64,000 nucleotides of DNA from the human T2T-CHM13v2.0 reference genome, Homo sapiens. How positions within the stretch are numbered: position 1 is the first letter of the stretch; every line of letters starts with the position of its first letter. The position numbers were made by a program, and so were the translations under genes. This document shows positions 61,530 to 64,000 of this stretch, in pieces. Where the stretch lies: NCBI RefSeq assembly GCF_009914755.1, contig NC_060946.1. One strand, 5' to 3'. Below the pieces are notes generated by a model. It worked only from the letters and a program-made list of their open reading frames with translations, had not been told where the DNA came from and ran no database searches.

Positions 61530-64000
61530 GATCACCCAGGTGATGTAACACATCTAAGTTCGGCCTAAAGGAGCTTTGTGACATATCTCTGCACTGATCA
61601 CTTAGGTGATGTAACACTTTTATAAGCACTGCCTACAGGGAATTTTGACAAATCTGTACACTGATCACCTAGGTGATGTAACTCTTGTCTACCCTCTGTC
61701 CAACGGGGCATTGTGAAATATCTCTGCACTGATGACCCAGGTGATTCAACTCTTGACTAGGATCTGCGTACAGAGGTTATTGTGAAATATCTCTGCACTG
61801 ATAAACTAGGTGGTGTAACCCTTGTCCAAGTTCTGCCTGCAGGGGCGTTTTCACATATCCCTGAACTGATGACAAAGGTGATGTAACTCTTGCCTAGGCT
61901 TTGCCTACAGGGGACATTGGACATATATCTGCACTGATCACCCAGGTGATGCAACTCTTGCCTAGGCTTTTCCTACAGGGGACATTGTGACATATCTCTG
62001 CACTGATTTCCCAGGTGCTGTAACTTTAGGATACGCTCTGGCTACACGGCATTGTGACATATCACTGCACTGATCAACCAGGTGATATAACACCTGTATA
62101 GGCTCTGCCTACAGGGGGCTTGTGACATATCTCTGCACGGATCACCCAGGTGATATAGCTCTTCTCTAGGACCTGCCTACAGGGTGCTTTGTGACATATC
62201 CCTGCACTGATCACCCAGGTGATCTAACTCTGGTCTAAGCTCTTCCGAAAGGGGCATTGTGACAGATCTCTGCACTGATCACTCAGGTGATGTAACTGTT
62301 GTCTAGGCTCTGCTTCAAGGGGCCTTGTCACAAATCTCTGCATTGATCACCCAGGTGATGTAACTCTTGTCTAGCCTCTGCTTTCACGGCATATTGTGAC
62401 ATATCCATGCGCTGATCACCTTAGTGATGTAACACTTGTGTAGGCTCGGCCTACATGGGAATCTTGACATATCTCTGCACTGTTAACCGAGGTGATTTAA
62501 CACTTCTCTAGGCTGTGCCCACAGGGGGATTGAGACATATCTCTGCACTGATCCCGAGGTGATCCAACTCTTGCCTGGTCTCTGCCTACTGGGGACATTG
62601 TGACATATCTCTGCACTGATCTCCCTTGTGCTGCAACTTATTCTAGGCTCTGGCTACACGTCATTGTGACATATAAGTGCACTGATCACATAGGTGATAT
62701 AACTCTTGTCTAGGCTCTGCCTACAATGGTCTTGTGACATATCTCTGCACTGATCACCCAGGTGACATAACTATTCTCTAGGATCTGACCACAGGGTGCA
62801 TTGCGACATATCCCTGCAATGATCACCCAGGTGATATACCACTTGCCAAGGCTCTGCCTACAGGGGCATTGCAATGTATCTCAGCACTGATCACCTAGGT
62901 CTTGTAACTCTTTTCTAGGATCTGCCTATAGGGTGGTTTGTGACGTATCCCAGCAAGGATTACCTAGGTGATGTACCGCTCATCAAGGCTCTGCCTACAG
63001 GCACATTGCGATGTATCTCTGCACTGATCACCTAGGTCATGTAACCTTTGTCTAGTCTCTGCCTACGATGGCATTGTGACATATTTCTGTACTAATCATC
63101 CAAGTGATGTAAGTCTTGTCTAGGATCTGCCTACATTTACTTTGTGACATAATCCTGTACTGATCATCCAGGTGATGGGGTTTTTGTCTAGGCTCTGCCT
63201 AAGGGGGCACTGTGACATATTTCTGCATTGATCACCCAGGTGGCGAACTCTTCTCTTGGATCTGCCTATGGGGGCATTGTGACAAATCTCTGCACTGATC
63301 ACCCAGGTGTCGTAACTGTTGTGTAACCTCTGCCTACAGGGGAATTGTGAGAGATCTCTCCACTGACCACCCAAGTGATGTAACCATTGTCTAGGCTTTG
63401 CGTACAGGGGGCTTTGTGACATACCTTTGCACTGATCACCCAGGTGATGTAACACATCTAAGTTCGGCCTAAAGGAGCTTTGTTACATATCTCTGCACTG
63501 ATCACTTAGGTGATGTAACACTTTTATAAGCACTGCCTACAGGGAATTTTGACAAATCTGTACACTGATCACCTAGGTGATGTAACTCTTGTCTACCCTC
63601 TGTCCAACGGGGCATTGTGAAATATCTCTGCACTGATGACCCAGGTGATTCAACTCTTGACTAGGATCTGCCTACAGACGTTATTGTGAAATATCTCTGC
63701 ACTGATAAACTAGGTGGTGTAACCCTTGTCCAAGTTCTGCCTGCAGGGGCGTTTTAACATATCCCTGAACTGATGACAAAGGTGATGTAACTCTTGCCTA
63801 GGCTTTGCCTACAGGGGACATTGGACATATATCTGCACTGATCACCCAGGTGATGCAACTCTTGCCTAGGCTTTGCCTACAGGGGACACTGTGACATATC
63901 TCTTCAATGATCACCCATGTGATGCAACTCTTGCCTAGGCTTTGCCTACAGGGGACATTGTGACATATCTCTGCACTGATTTCCCAGGTGCTGTAACTTT

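Larger units (their letters stand above)
1..64000 (+). repeat. Beta satellite (68-bp Sau3A / BSR) tandem array, ~940 monomers, all head-to-tail in one orientation; array runs off both window ends
   Basis: Seen: the motif gcact-gatcacccaggtgatgtaactcttgtctaggctctgcctacaggggcattgtgacatatctct recurs every ~66-69 bp from base 4 to the end, with no non-homologous spacer. Established knowledge: the length and sequence match the human/great-ape 68-bp beta satellite (recognised from memory, not database-searched). Confidence 0.97.
40701..64000 (+). repeat. HOR subfamily C block (basic unit 29-mer, 1,972-1,974 bp; variants of 21, 27, 26, 26 and 28 monomers)
   Basis: Diagnostic variants: m2 'ttataag' and 'tgtaca', m4 'actaggatctg', m9 'gatttccc', m10 'gggcttgtg...gcacggatc', m18 'ctcccttgtgctgc...atcagtgc', m19 'gatcacatagg', m25 'ggatctgcctacattaac', m28 'ggtgtcgtaac'. 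The left boundary is approximate. Confidence 0.88.

Noticed and set aside
236-63455. About 60 minus-strand ORFs of 60-137 aa with repeated HHLGDQC/YITWVISAEIC motifs that look His/Cys-rich and zinc-finger-like
   Set aside because: They are translations of the monomer in shifting frames and recur at HOR spacing. They lack C2H2 spacing and are freely broken by stops and 1-bp indels. Their confinement to the minus strand follows from TGA/TAA/TAG being frequent in the plus-strand consensus.
1-64000. CRISPR-like appearance: a conserved, partly palindromic ~30-bp core every ~68 bp
   Set aside because: The intervening segments are homologous to each other and recur in fixed HOR order rather than being unique spacers. 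There are no cas genes or leader.
1-64000. Centromeric alpha satellite / CENP-B box
   Set aside because: The period is 68 bp, not 171 bp, and I saw no TTCG....A..CGGG box.
1-64000. Possible G-quadruplexes from GGGG/GGGGG runs
   Set aside because: There is usually only one G-run per monomer, ~68 bp apart, too distant for canonical G4 motifs.
1-64000. Possibility that the array is a synthetic or assembly-duplicated sequence
   Set aside because: The units I compared each carry private substitutions with hierarchical sharing patterns, as expected of a natural array. Individual junctions still need read support.

Overview
The whole 64-kb window is one uninterrupted, single-orientation tandem array of the ~68-bp primate beta satellite (Sau3A/BSR; consensus GATCACCCAGGTGATGTAACTCTTGTCTAGGCTCTGCCTACAGGGGCATTGTGACATATCTCTGCACT), about 940 monomers. 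I found no genes, RNA genes, transposon insertions or CRISPR arrays, and the ORF track is a by-product of the repeat. The monomers form a higher-order repeat (HOR). I label the 29 monomers of the first 1,974-bp unit (9-1982) m1-m29, each starting at the GATC-equivalent position. There are 33 complete HOR copies, with m1 starts at 9, 1983, 5046, 6952, 8857, 10763, 12601, 14507, 16413, 18319, 20224, 22129, 23967, 25736, 27574, 29411, 31249, 33087, 34925, 36829, 39075, 40911, 42340, 44314, 46286, 48260, 50234, 52208, 54045, 56019, 57993, 59762 and 61530, plus a partial copy from 63434. Their monomer counts are 29, 45, 28, 28, 28, 27, 28x5, 27, 26, 27x5, 28, 33, 27, 21, 29x5, 27, 29, 29, 26, 26, 28. 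Three sequence subfamilies occur as blocks: A (29-mer, 1-~3.8 kb), B (28-mer, ~3.8-40.7 kb, with a nested 27-mer clade at 22.1-34.9 kb) and C (29-mer, ~40.7-64 kb). I see no novel protein-coding system. The most interesting signal is the array's evolutionary architecture: nested 29|28|27|28|29 layering, recurrent 9-monomer slips at an ancient internal duplication, repeated independent loss of the same monomers, multi-HOR super-periods and a micro-conversion tract. All comparisons were made by eye, so the counts and variant lists need alignment to confirm.
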